DNA of 63,478 nucleotides, filler included, from Octopus bimaculoides (Eukaryota), in assembly GCF_001194135.2 (NCBI RefSeq). It is 4 parts of 4 records of this genome, joined end to end, with 100 filler letters (N's around TTAATTAATTAA, not from the genome) between each part and the next. Parts side by side here need not be neighbours in the genome. Positions count along the whole stretch, not along the records: positions 32,048 to 59,851 come from NC_068996.1; positions 59,952 to 61,916 come from NC_069002.1; 2 more parts are not named here. One strand, written 5' to 3'. Of the stretch, positions 48,339 to 61,559 are shown in pieces (the stretch's first letter is position 1; every line of letters begins with the position of its first letter). The notes beneath the pieces are model-generated. The model worked only from the letters and a program-made list of their open reading frames with translations, did not search any database and was not told where the DNA came from. A program made the translations under genes and the position numbers.

Positions 48339-48699
48339 TTTACACACACACAAACATGCATACATATAGGTATATGCATGCATACATCACCTATACATAT
48401 ATATACATATATATATTTACATATATGCATACATGCATCATGTTTTGAAATATTTTAACGAATCCTAATAAATAGGTCATCATCACTTATATAAGTGTTG
48501 TACTTTCACTTTGCTTATAGTCTCATCAATATTGTAATCTGTTTAGAGAATAGAAGATGCGGTGACTGTTGATGGAGTGCTCTACCAAACAACCTCGTCG
48601 CATTTCCTTCCTTTTATTTTCCAATCTCAGGGTAATTTAGAAATGATAAATTAGTGTCCTTGTGCCCAGCCCACCACCCAACTGATTATTATTATTATT

Positions 48700-48746
<47 letters not shown>

Positions 48747-48754
48747 TATTAAGT

Positions 48755-48966
48755 TGGTGAGCTAGCAGAATCATTAGCACACTGGACAAAAGGCTTAGTG
48801 GCATTTCATCTCTCTTTACATTCTGAGTTCAAATCCCGCTGAGGTTGACTTTCCTTTTCATTCATTTGGGGGTTGATAAATGAAGTACCAGTGAAATACT
48901 GGAATTAATGTAATCGACTAGTCCCCTCCTACAAATTTCAGGCCTTGTGCCTTCAGTAGAAAGGAT
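48755..48966 (+). mobile_element. SINE family B with (ATT)n tail
   Basis: GGTGAGCTAGCAGAATC...GAGTTCAAATCCC. Confidence 0.8.
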
Positions 48967-48974
48967 TATTATTA

Positions 48975-49024
<50 letters not shown>

Positions 49025-49462
49025 NNNNNNNNNNNNNNNNNNNNNNNNNNNNNNNNNNNNNNNNNNNNNNNNNNNNNNNNNNNNNNNNNNNNNNNNNNNN
49101 NNNNNNNNNNNNNNNNNNNNNNNNNNNNNNNNNNNNNNNNNNNNNNNNNNNNNNNNNNNNNNNNNNNNNNNNNNNNNNNNNNNNNNNNNNNNNNNNNNNN
49201 NNNNNNNNNNNNNNNNNNNNNNNNNNNNNNNNNNNNNNNNNNNNNNNNNNNNNNNNNNNNNNNNNNNNNNNNNNNNNNNNNNNNNNNNNNNNNNNNNNNN
49301 NNNNNNNNNNNNNNNNNNNNNNNNNNNNNNNNNNNNNNNNNNNNNNNNNNNNNNNNNNNNNNNNNNNNNNNNNNNNNNNNNNNNNNNNNNNNNNNNNNNN
49401 NNNNNNNNNNNNNNNNNNNNNNNNNNNNNNNNNNNNNNNNNNNNNNNNNNNNNNNNNNNNNN

Positions 49463-49708
49463 ATAGGAATTGTTTCTGTTTTTAGATTCCACATTCAAGT
49501 TATCTCTATTTCCAGGTCTTTGTATTTTGAAAGTTTTTCCATTTCTTTTAGAGAAACGTTGTCATCTGCTGGTATTGATACATCAATTAGAAAGCATTTT
49601 TTTTCTTCATGATCTTTGACAACTATATCTGGTCTATTTGCCTTAATTTCTCTATCTGTGTGTATTGGCATATCCCAGAGTATGGTTGCTTTCTCGTTTT
49701 CTGTGACC

Positions 49709-49710
<2 letters not shown>
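49463..49710 (-). mobile_element. Second R4/Dong-type LINE family, RLE fragment within (TAA)n
   Basis: KATILWDMPIHTDREIKANRPDIVVKDHEEKKCFLIDVSIP...KYKDLEIEITRMWNLKTETIPI; directly abuts (ATT)n at 49711. Confidence 0.88.
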
Positions 49711-49760
<50 letters not shown>

Positions 49761-49774
49761 CATTATTATTATTA

Positions 49775-49809
<35 letters not shown>

Positions 49810-49948
49810 GCCGTTGTTGTTGTTATTTTGTGTGTATGTGCGCGCGTGTGTGTATGTGTATTTTTAAATGAACAGAAATAAAAGTGCAGTATAAACACCC
49901 GCCCATACATCATTCATTCATAACACATTCTCTCTCTCTCTCTATCTC

Positions 49949-50071
<123 letters not shown>

Positions 50072-50665
50072 TTGTCTTGTCTCAATGAGAGTCAAAGAGA
50101 ATTAGAGCTAGTTGAGTGACAGGTGACATGTGACAAGTTGCTGTGACAGCAAAGTAGTTTGTGAATGTCATTGACACAGTCAAAGGAAAACAAAGAGGTA
50201 AAGAGGTAAAAAAAGAAAAAGAATTTGTTCTCTCATGGTTAAGTGACCTAAGTAAGAAGTACTCCGCCTCTTGATGTGCGGTGCGTGTATGTGTGTGTGT
50301 GTAATTGGAGTGGGATTTTGTGTGTGCCTGTATGATTGGAGTGAAGTATCATGCATGCGTGTGTGTGTGTGTGTGCTTGTGTGTGTGTGGTTGGTGGTAG
50401 GCTTGAAGGTGACTGGGTGGAGAACTACCATCATTTCTGTTGTAACAGCAGGACCTAACAGGTGTTTTATTCAGACACCGCCACTCCCCACTGCTGCCCC
50501 AAGAATGTTGGAAGGAGGGTAGAGAAGTGTACCTCCACACATGCATGTGTGCGTGCAAGTTTGTTGGTATATAAATATATATATACACATATGTATCTCT
50601 TTCTGTATATATGTGTATATGTGAGTGTATTTGTGAGTATATAAATATATGTGTGCAAGTGTTTG

Positions 50666-50711
<46 letters not shown>

Positions 50712-50712
<1 letters not shown>

Positions 50713-50912
50713 TCATCGTCGTCGTCGTCGTCGTTGTCGCTGTCGTCATTTAACGTCCGTTTTCCATGCTAGCATGGGTTGGGCAGTTTGACTGAGGACT
50801 GGTGAACCAGAAGGCTGCACCAGGCTCCAATCTGATCTGGCAAAGTTTCTACAGCTGGATGCTCTTCCTAATACCAACCACTCCAAGAGTGTAGTGGGTG
50901 CTTTTACGTGCC
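50712..50912 (-). mobile_element. RTE LINE 3' UTR fragment
   Basis: Matches 51341-51510. Confidence 0.85.
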
Positions 50913-51311
50913 ACGATAGTCAAGGGATTACCGTAGTTGTACAGGTGCTGCTTGAAGGCCATCCTGGCTGATCTGATATATATCCTGACTTGGGTGTTGA
51001 TTATGCTGACATTACAGGTGCATCTTTGGTTGGCTCTGGACCTGGAAATGTTATTGTTACATATATATATATATATATATATGCTCATGTATGTGTGTTA
51101 TATATATGGAACTATGGTGACTGGGAATATGGCGACTGCTCTCTATTGTTGGAGGTTCCAACAATAGAGAGCAGTCACCATATTCCCTTCCATACTGGCT
51201 GACTTTGATGAGTGTAAAGTTATATAATCGGTTTGTTACCTAACACTCAATTGTATTCTTTATGCAAAACCAATTGGTAAAACCAGCTGTAATGGATATT
51301 TAATACTATAC

Positions 51312-51340
<29 letters not shown>

Positions 51341-51342
<2 letters not shown>

Positions 51343-54300
51343 CATCATCGTTTAATGTGCGCTTTCCATGCTAACATGGGTTGGATGATTTGACTGAGGA
51401 CTGGTGAAACCAGATGGCTACACCAGGCTCCAATCTGATTTGGCAGAGTTTCTACAGCTGGATGCCCTTCCTAACGCCAACCACTCAGAGAGTGTAGTGG
51501 GTGCTTTTGTGTGCCACCGGCACGAAGGCCAGTCAGGCGGTACTGGCAATGGCCATGTTCAAAATGGTGTTTTTTTCGTGCCACCCACACAAGAGCCACT
51601 CCAGTGGCACTGGCAATGATCTTTCCTGAAAGTCCTTACACATGACATGGGCACAAGTGCCAGAAAGGCGACGCTGGGCACAGGTGCCATCACAATTTTG
51701 CTTTTGCTTGCCCCAACAGGTCTTCGCAAGCCAGGTTTCATGTCCAATGAAGGAGACGACGTTGGCATGGGTGCCAGTCATCAAATTTAGTTCGATTTCG
51801 ATTTCACTTGCCTCAACAGGTCTTCGCAAGCGGAGTTTAGTGTCCAATGAAGGAAAGGAACACATAAGTGGGCTGGCTACATCCCTCACAGAGGCCTTGG
51901 ATTTAGGTCTCACTTTGCTTGCCGGGTCTTCTCACACACAGCATATTTCCAAAGGTCTCGATCAGAAGTCATTGCCTCGGTGAGGCCCAATGTTCAAAGG
52001 TCTTGCCTCACCACCTCATCCCAGGTGTTCCTGGGCCTGCCTCTTCCACAGGTTCCCTTAACCGCTAGGGTGTGACACTTTTTCACACAGCTATCCTCGT
52101 CCATTCTCGCCACATGACCATACCAGCACAATCATCTCTCTTGCACACCAAAACTGATGCTTCTTAGGTTCAACTTTTCTCTCAAGGTACTTACACTCTG
52201 TCAAGTATGCACACTGACATTACACATCCATCAAAGCATACTGGCTTCATTTCTTGCGAGCCTACGCATGTCTTCAGCAGTCATGGCCCATGTTTCCTTT
52301 GATATTGCTGCACCTCTTATGTGTCCGTAGCTTGCACTGGGTGCATTTTATAGAGTTTCTACCTACACCTTTTCTACAGATCGAGCAGGGCCATCTACCT
52401 GAAGGGGTTTGTGATTTTTCTACCTTCCTACTTATTAGGACTTTGGTTTTAGCTAGGTTGATTCTAAGGCCCTTCGATTCTAGTCCTTGCTTCCACACCT
52501 GAAACTTCTCCTCTAGTTCTGATAGTGACTCAGCAATTAGTGCAAGGTCATCAGCATAGAGGAGCTCCCAGGGGCATCCTGTCTTGAATTTCTCTGTTAT
52601 AGCCTGGAGGACTATGATAAATAGGAAGGGGCTGAGGACAGAACCTTGGTGGACTCCTACCTCTACCTGGAATTCTATACTGTACTCATTTCCAACCCTC
52701 ACCTTACTGACAGCGTCTCTGTACATAGCTCGCACAGCTCTCACTAATCATTCTTCTATCCCTAGTTTCCTCATNNNNNNNNNNGGTACAGAGGTTTATC
52801 CTTCGCTAGGTATTTCTCCTGCAGCTGTCTTACCAGAAATATGGCATCAGTGGTGCTTTTCCCAGGCACGAACCCAAACTGCATCTCATCTAAATTGATT
52901 CGCTCCCTAATTAGTTGGGCTATGACCCTCTCCGTGACTTTCATAACCTCATCTAACAACTTGATACCTTTGTAATTATTTGTATCTAAAGCGTCTCCTT
53001 TACCTTTGTAACAGTTGACTATGGTGCTGCTACACCAATCATTGGGTATGACTCCTTCGTGTATCACCTGGTTAACAATACAGGTGACTAGGCTATAGCC
53101 AACACTGCCAGATATTTTGAGCATCTCTGCAGTGATTCCTGATGGGCTGGGGGCCTTCCCTGTCTTCATACTTTATATACCATGTTACTGTCAACTCGGA
53201 TAGCTGGTCCCTCTGTTGGGTCGATATTCAGCAGACTCTCTTTCTCCCATTCATTCTCTTTATTGAGCAATCTATCGTAGTGGTGTCTCCAACCTCTTTC
53301 TTTGCAGCCTTGTTTAGTGCAAGCATACCATCATCCATGCAAACACAATTCTCTCCCACGACATCACGATTCTCTCTCACACACTGTCTTGCAACACGAA
53401 ATACTTCAAGTCTTTGGTCCTCATGGCACAGAACATTGGCAAACTTTTTTCTTATCTGCTTCCCCTCTGGCTAAATAAACCTGTTGCCTAGCTTCCCTTC
53501 TAGCAGTCTGATACAATTCCCTGCTACCACCGTTCTTCCAGTCCTTCCAAGCCTGTTTCTTTTGTCTAATAGCCCTGTCAACAACATTGTTCCACCACCA
53601 CGTTATTTTGGGTCAAGAGGGGACTTTGCACCATCCACAGTTCTGGTCAGTGGCCCTCAGCAGGTTGTCCCATAGAAACAACCAGTTGTCTTCTACGTTG
53701 TGTGAAGCTACATCCCCCTCTATTTCGTCAAAGGCTTCAAGTAATAAGTCTCTAAATCTCTGTCCATTTGCAGGATCTTTAAGGTTCCAGACCCTTCTCC
53801 TCCAAGCTGGTCGTCTTCTGGGCAACCACTTAGCCCTGATCCTGAAGTCACTAACTACCAGTCTATGTTGTGGGGTACATTCTTTGCCTGGGAAGGTCTT
53901 GGCATTTATAAGCAGCCATCTTTCCCTTTTCCTGGCGAGGATGTAGTCAATTTGGCTAGTGTACTTGCCAGAACGGTAGGTGACTAGGTTACTGGCAGGT
54001 TTCCTGAAGTTAGTATTGCATACCATAAAGTCATTTGCATCACAGAACTCCAGCAGCCTGGTTCCCTCCTCATTACGGGAACCAAAACCATAGCCTCCAT
54101 GTACACCATAGAAGCCCTCTGAACGTTGTCCAACATAACCATTGAAGTCACCAGCCACAAAGAGAAGGTCTTTCTGTCCGTCAGGTAGTCCGGGTTGAAG
54201 GGCATAGGCTGAGATAATGGCTGCTAGCCCATGGTGAAGGACTAATTTAATCTTAAGTATTCTATCGCATACTCTAACTACCTTGATTACCTTATCCACC

Positions 54301-54344
54301 CATTTCTCTGCAAGAATTATACCCATGCCCCCGACCCCGTCTGT
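51341..54344 (-). mobile_element. RTE-clade LINE, 5'-truncated and defective
   Basis: APE endonuclease (VAGDFNG, SQIDYIL, PQHRLVV) 53613-54344; RT (QFGFVPGKSTTDA, HQGSVLSP, YADD) 52274-53169; C-terminal WYGHVARM...GRGRPRNTW; ~600-nt 3' UTR; (GAT)n tail. Confidence 0.95.
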
Positions 54345-54382
<38 letters not shown>

Positions 54383-54502
54383 GGAATATGTATGGGGAAA
54401 GTGTCAACAAGAATGCCAATATGTGATCTTTAAGCTGACTGGAAATAGCAGCAATACCTCCCTGAAATTAAAATCTGCAGACATACACATTCATATGTGC
54501 AT

Positions 54503-54544
<42 letters not shown>

Positions 54545-55325
54545 TCACCTTTACACACATACATGCACCTTCACATATATACACAATGCATGCACACACT
54601 CATATGTATGCATGCATACATACTCACACATACACATACGGAGACACACATTCATGTCACATACACACACTCATAAGCATGTATAAATGCACATGCACAA
54701 ACACACACACAGGCATGCGCACATGCAGACACACAGACACACACACAACCCCCCCCTCCCCACACACACATAAACCCCCACACACACACATACACACACA
54801 CACACAGAAAGTAAGAATAATTCAATACTGCATAATCAGTAGAATCAATGAATATACTAAAGGTGAACACTAATAGAAAAACTAAGGTTTCTGAATTTGA
54901 CATTGTATCTTGGGAGAATTTCTGGCAGCAGGAATAACTTTATTATGGAGTTCATGTTGACCTTTAGAGCTCTGACTTCTAATCCATTTAGTGGATACAA
55001 AAATTTGGTTTTTCTTTCTTTTTCTTTTTTTTTTCTTCTTANNNNNNNNNNNNNNNNNNNNNNNNNNNNNNNNNNNNNNNNNNNNNNNNNNNNNNNNNNN
55101 NNNNNNNNNNNNNNNNNNNNNNNNNNNNNNNNNNNNNNNNNNNNNNNNNNNNNNNNNNNNNNNNNNNNNNNNNNNNNNNNNNNNNNNNNNNNNNNNNNNN
55201 NNNNNNNNNNNNNNNNNNNNNNNNNNNNNNNNNNNNNNNNNNNNNNNNNNNNNNNNNNNNNNNNNNNNNNNNNNNNNNNNNNNNNNNNNNNNNNNNNNNN
55301 NNNNNNNNNNNNNNNNNNNNNNNNN

Positions 55326-55326
55326 N

Positions 55327-55364
<38 letters not shown>

Positions 55365-55740
55365 GTTATCGTCATCGTCATCGTCATCGTCATCATCATC
55401 ATCATCATCATCATCATCGTCATCGTCATCGTCATCAGTAATAGCAGCAGCAGCAGCAGCAACAGCAGCAGCGTTAACAGCAGCATTAGGAGCAGCACTA
55501 GCAGCAGCATTTTGCAGCAGCAACAGCAACAACAACAGCACCACCACCACCACCACCACTACCACCACCACTACCATCCCGATTCTCTTTCTCCTCCCCT
55601 TCATCCACCTCATCATTGTAATTACTGCTGTCCATCATCTTCATCATCGTTAACATCATTTTCATCATCATCATCATTGTTCCTATCATCATCAGCAGCA
55701 ACAGCAGCATTACCATCATCATCACTTCATGCCTATCTGC
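55326..55740. repeat. Compound (CAT)/(CAG)/(CAC) low-complexity tract
   Basis: Read directly from the sequence. Confidence 0.9.
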
Positions 55741-56256
55741 CATACTTGTATGGACACATGGTGTGACAAGATCCAAAGTGTTAGAGGACTATGTCTTATT
55801 CCAATGTTTCAGTTTTGTCATGGTTTCTACAATTTGATGCCCTTCCTAACACCAACAATTTTTCAAACCATATTAGGTGCCTTTTACATGGCACTACCAC
55901 TTCTAAGATTACAATGTAACTCAAAAGACTGGTGAACCACCTTCAGGACCAGATTAAGACCCATTGAGGCCCTAAGCACTTAAAAGATTTTGGTGCTACC
56001 ATACATGTATAATTCAAAATTTAACCAATAAGCCATAAAATGATTCTGTTTTTTTGTTTTACAAAATGAAACAAAACTAAGAGTAAGATGGGAGAAAATT
56101 TTTATTTTATCTTTTTATGCTTCCACTTTATATTTCAAATATTTTCTCCTACTTTCTTCTAATTGTAAAGTCTTTGGTACGTACACTTGAAGGAATTCCT
56201 CTCTCTCTGTTATATATACATAAATACGAACGGAGTAGATAACAGCTAGCCTTAGT

Positions 56257-56428
56257 CCGCCCTTTTGGACCCTGTTGTGTCCATCACTCTGATTGGTTGG
56301 TATTGGCGCAATTTGTCTCTTGCTTTATTGCGTGCCAATATGCAACCCGACCAATCGCAGCCTTCTGATAAGGTCATGTGAGACAGTCTCTTCTAAACCT
56401 CAGTTTATGCTGACTGCTCACTATAAAA
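56257..56428 (+). promoter_or_regulatory. Pol II promoter-like cluster, possibly the U3 of a solo LTR (56208-57115)
   Basis: GC box 56257; ATTGG/CCAAT at 56292, 56302, 56335, 56351; TATAAAA 56422; TGTTA...TGACA bounds without a visible target-site duplication. Confidence 0.4.
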
Positions 56429-57600
56429 CTCTAGCGACAGATTGAGTCAAGGTCTTTCGGTTCCAGACCTTTTGAGGTCTAGCCACTGACCACACAGGAC
56501 ACAGTCAGTTCCAGCGACAATACAACAGCAGCCACATGGAGACTCATCAACACTCGACCAACAGTATATGGCAATCTCTTTCTTCATCGCTTCCGTTTTC
56601 TCAACATTGTCAATATCATCTCTCTACGTACACAACAACCAGCAACACTCGCGCAGGTTCCAACACAACACTGTTTGGGAATTACTTCACCATGGTTAAC
56701 AGCAAATACAACCTGCAAGACCTCCTGTAACAAGTGACCGGCAGCAGCAACATAGCCACAACTTCATGTATGACATGTACCTCAACTGGCTCTGCATTAC
56801 AGCCACAACTTCTTGATACAGCATTTCAACTATCATGTACCTTGACTACGAACTGGTATATATCATCCTTGTGTCTGAACATTCTTCTATCATCATATTA
56901 TAGACTCTTTCAATGCTCTGTACTTATCGCACACACATGTTAACATATAAATATAATATTCTCTTAAATATTCTACCCAGTTGTGTCTCTCTTTTCCTTC
57001 TGGCATTTATTCTTTTCATATTTATTGTATCGACTGTGTGATGTGCGAAGGAGCCATTCTCGTCACCTCACTTCACACGGTCGTTTACATTTTCAATCAA
57101 ATCCTCACTTTGACACCATGAACACTTTGAAATTATATTTCTGATCATATATACACTACCTTAGTTATTATATTAGTAAGTTTAAAATGATTTCTTTTGT
57201 GCTGTAAACCATTTACCATTTCTATGGTGCTCCCACTTCCTTTGATGCCCTAAACACATACTTATTTTGATTAATGGTTAATCCAGCGCTGACCACCCGA
57301 CTGAGAAGTAGAATAGTTGTATTGTACAATGTAGTACTGTATATACATACACAAATCTGTGTATGAATAGGTGGGTGTATAAAAAGAGAAAATACGTTTA
57401 TTTACAGTGTTTGGTTACATTGTTTTGTTACAACTTTTTATTGTTCCTTTAGGTGTGCGTGTGTGTGTATAAAGAATACACACACACACACACACATGCA
57501 GACACCCATGTTATAAAATATAATATAATATATATAATGCATTATATATAGTTGGATCATATATCCAAAAAAGAAGCACTCGCCAAACGTTAGAGCAGTA

Positions 57601-57806
57601 ATATATTTTTAGGAAGTTAATGATATAGTTGGTCATAGAGTGACCAGTGGTTTCACACCCATAAAGTACTTAGCCTTATAGATGACATGTTGTCCATGGC
57701 AAATGGAATCTGTTGAGCTGTCAATAAGGCTAAGTGTTTTATGGGTGCGAAATCATTGGTCACTCTATGACTAGCCAAATAATTATCTTCCTACTAAATA
57801 ATATAT
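57601..57806. mobile_element. Fold-back/MITE-like element, ~80-bp imperfect arms
   Basis: GTCATAGAGTGACCA...CCCATAAA...CTTAGCCTTAT versus ATAAGGCTAAG...TTTATGGG...TGGTCACTCTATGAC. Confidence 0.75.
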
Positions 57807-58096
57807 CTTATATACATAATAATAACGGCAGGTTTGTTTTCGTTTATTTTCTCTTCCGTTGTTCTATGTGGGCCATAAATATTGCCATCCGTTGGAGAAA
57901 AAATTGTAGTTAGAATTAGTAGTTCTTTAACTGCTATTTCTAAATTTTCAGTATGTTGGTGAAGCAACTCATGCTGATCCCTATATATTTATAATTATAA
58001 ATGGTTTACCGATAAAGGTTTTTTTTGCATACTGAACTACTTGGCAAAATTGTTAATTATTAATTTATTAATTGATTGGCAATTCCCTGCCCTATA

Positions 58097-58137
<41 letters not shown>

Positions 58138-59081
58138 TGTATGTATATATATANNNNNNNNNNNNNNNNNNNNNNNNNNNNNNNNNNNNNNNNNNNNNNN
58201 NNNNNNNNNNNNNNNNNNNNNNNNNNNNNNNNNNNNNNNNNNNNNNNNNNNNNNNNNNNNNNNNNNNNNNNNNNNNNNNNNNNNNNNNNNNNNNNNNNNN
58301 NNNNNNNNNNNNNNNNNNNNNNNNNNNNNNNNNNNNNNNNNNNNNNNNNNNNNNNNNNNNNNNNNNNNNNNNNNNNNNNNNNNNNNNNNNNNNNNNNNNN
58401 NNNNNNNNNNNNNNNNNNNNNNNNNNNNNNNNNNNNNNNNNNNNNNNNNNNNNNNNNNNNNNNNNNNNNNNNNNNNNNNNNNNNNNNNNNNNNNNNNNNN
58501 NNNNNNNNNNNNNNNNNNNNNNNNNNNNNNNNNNNNNNNNNNNNNNNNNNNNNNNNNNNNNNNNNNNNNNNNNNNNNNNNNNNNNNNNNNNNNNNNNNNN
58601 NNNNNNNNNNNNNNNNNNNNNNNNNNNNNNNNNNNNNNNNNNNNNNNNNNNNNNNNNNNNNNNNNNNNNNNNNNNNNNNNNNNNNNNNNNNNNNNNNNNN
58701 NNNNNNNNNNNNNNNNNNNNNNNNNNNNNNNNNNNNNNNNNNNNNNNNNNNNNNNNNNNNNNNNNNNNNNNNNNNNNNNNNNNNNNNNNNNNNNNNNNNN
58801 NNNNNNNNNNNNNNNNNNNNNNNNNNNNNNNNNNNNNNNNNNNNNNNNNNNNNNNNNNNNNNNNNNNNNNNNNNNNNNNNNNNNNNNNNNNNNNNNNNNN
58901 NNNNNNNNNNNNNNNNNNNNNNNNNNNNNNNNNNNNNNNNNNNNNNNNNNNNNNNNNAGACAAGTTACTGAAGAGATTGCAAGAGTGCAATGAAATAATT
59001 TAACAAAAAACTATATAAATTAATAAAGGACTGAACCAGTGCGTGTGTTTATTACCGGCATAATACCTCTCCCAAGGTTTA

Positions 59082-59117
<36 letters not shown>

Positions 59118-59469
59118 CTGAATTTTATAGTATTAGATATCCATCGCGCCTGGTCTTACCAATTGGTTTTGTGAAAAAAATACAATGAGTGTTAGGTAAC
59201 AATCTAATTATATAAATACGCTCATCACAGGTAAGCGACATGGAAAGGAATGTCGACTACCATGTTGGCTACTTCTGATGAGCATATTTATATAGCAAAA
59301 AAATGATTTATAAATACTTTATAAAGCACAAAATGAATTAGAATAAAGAAATATATGTGTCAGCTTTCTAACAAAAAATTAAGATTGCCAAAATATAATA
59401 ATGGCACAAAATGAGCAGCTGTCAAAAGTTTACCATATACCTTACTACAACTTGACGACCTAATACACA

Positions 59470-59605
59470 CACACACAATAGTCTTCTTTCAGTTTCCATC
59501 TACTAAATCCATTCACAAGGGTTTGGTTGGCCTGAGGCTACAGTAGAAGACACTTGCCTAAGGTTCCACACAGTGGGACTGAGCCCGGAACCATGTGCCT
59601 GCACC
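59470..59605 (-). mobile_element. SINE family A head
   Basis: GTAGAAGACACTTGCCTAAGG...CAGTGGGACTGA. Confidence 0.8.
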
Positions 59606-59616
59606 TATATATATAT

Positions 59617-59851
59617 ATCATCATCATCATCATCATCATCGTTTAACGTCCACTTTCCATGCTAGCATAGGTTGGACAATTTGATTGAGGACTGGTGAAA
59701 CCGGATGGCAACACCAGGTTCCAATCTCATTTGGCAGAGTTTCTACAGCTGGATGCCCTTCCTAACGCCAACCACTCAGAGAGTGTAGTAGGTGCTTTTA
59801 TGTGTCACCCGCACGAAGGCCAGTCAGGCGGTACTGGCAACGGCCATGCTC
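59617..59851 (-). mobile_element. RTE LINE 3' UTR fragment
   Basis: Matches 51341-51560; (CAT)n tail. Confidence 0.88.
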
Positions 59852-59951
59852 NNNNNNNNNNNNNNNNNNNNNNNNNNNNNNNNNNNNNNNNNNNNTTAAT
59901 TAATTAANNNNNNNNNNNNNNNNNNNNNNNNNNNNNNNNNNNNNNNNNNNN
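59852..59951. other. Synthetic scaffold join N44-TTAATTAATTAA-N44
   Basis: Same 100-nt linker. Confidence 0.93.
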
Positions 59952-61559
59952 ATATATGTATATATTTATATATATATATATTGATAGACATAGATTGATA
60001 AATTGATAAATAACTAGATACTTGCATTATTTAAACATGCATAGAGGCATGTGCATGTACATGCATCTGCGTATGTATATTTGCACGACTGTTTCTATGT
60101 TGACACACACACAAACGCTCTCTCTCTCTCTCTTACACACACACACACTTACACATAAAATATTTGCCTTCTACAAACGAGAAAATACGCAACGCACAGA
60201 AGGGAGACTGTGAATATTTTATTAGGATTTACAGCTCTTTAAATGCTGATGTTGCGTTTCATGTTCTCGATATGTAAACGATTGAAATAGAGATGCAGCG
60301 TGACAATACATAAGCAAATATATATTTAAAACGCACGGGAAATTGATTAGTCATTGAAATTTTATTGCTAGCTGAAAAACGCTCGTAAATGCGTCACACA
60401 TTTTCACTCATCTCTTCAATTATCATATGCAGAACACATTAATATCTTTAACGTATTCATCCACAAAATCACATCTTCAAGAACATATATCTAAAACAAA
60501 CGAAAACGAGAAAGGTAGTTATTTGTAATGAAGTGTTAAAATGATGTATAGAGCTTGTTTCATTATATGATAGTCTTTTAGTGTATAGCAAATCCTTTCT
60601 GTGAGGAACAAGCTATTTTAGTCAACTGGGGACTAGAAATTTTGGAGGAGATCTAGATGGAAATGTCTGGAAACATTCATGAATTCCGTATTTTAATTTC
60701 GTTCTGGGAATGGTTTTAACGGAATGTTTTGTGCTTCCTATTAAATATAATTATCATACACTTTAAGTCATTTGTCTATGGGTCACATGTCCTGTAATGA
60801 ACCGATCGATTTTATAAATAATTATATTAGCATTTTTTAAACTCCAGATATATTTGGACAGTGTGGTGGTGAGACTTTTCACCGTGTTACTTAAATTATT
60901 AGCTCCGAAAATTAGTCCACTATAAGAAAAGGAATTCCTCTATGTTAATGATTCCCAAACATGTGATGTTTGTGTCCAGAAGTATGATAAATATTTAAAA
61001 TTTTGAACAAAAGATCGGAATTGTTAAATTCATACAGACACTTGAGGAATTTCTAACTATTAACTGGCTAAAATAATTTATTTCCCCAATAATGCATCTT
61101 TTCATAACCTGAACGGTGGCTGTAAAGTAGAAAAAATAAGCATTTAGTACTTCACCAACACAAAATTTTACAGATATGTTAATGAAAAGATGAAAATATC
61201 ATTCGAGTTACTCATGACTAGATGAATTTATCACATGTTTTGCGTATGATAAAGTACATGAATATGAAACTCAATTTCTAACGTTTTTATTGTAACTAAT
61301 TATATTTCGACAGTAAATTACATGGGAATGTGTTTACGAATATTTTTGCTTATACATTTTCACGCTGCTTCCCAAGCTTCTCAATAGCTGCAAGCACTTT
61401 AGTAACGAAGATTGTGAAATTTCAGTTGCGATGCATGAAGACTTGACTTGTCATAAAAATAACAAAGATATTAAATAATATTATTTATAATGATGGACTA
61501 TCCAGTCGAAGACGACGTGTGAGTATTCGGCTTTTACTGAATCACCTGCACAACTGATT

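Noticed and set aside
55326-55766. Poly-Q/H/S/D protein exon
   Set aside because: All frames are homopolymeric; no splice sites or flanking complex coding sequence.
59275-59281. Other CTGATGA hits (also 36314, 11403 and the reverse hit at 17607)
   Set aside because: No stem II/GAAA/stem I arrangement; 11403 is the ADET codons of the Tigger transposase.
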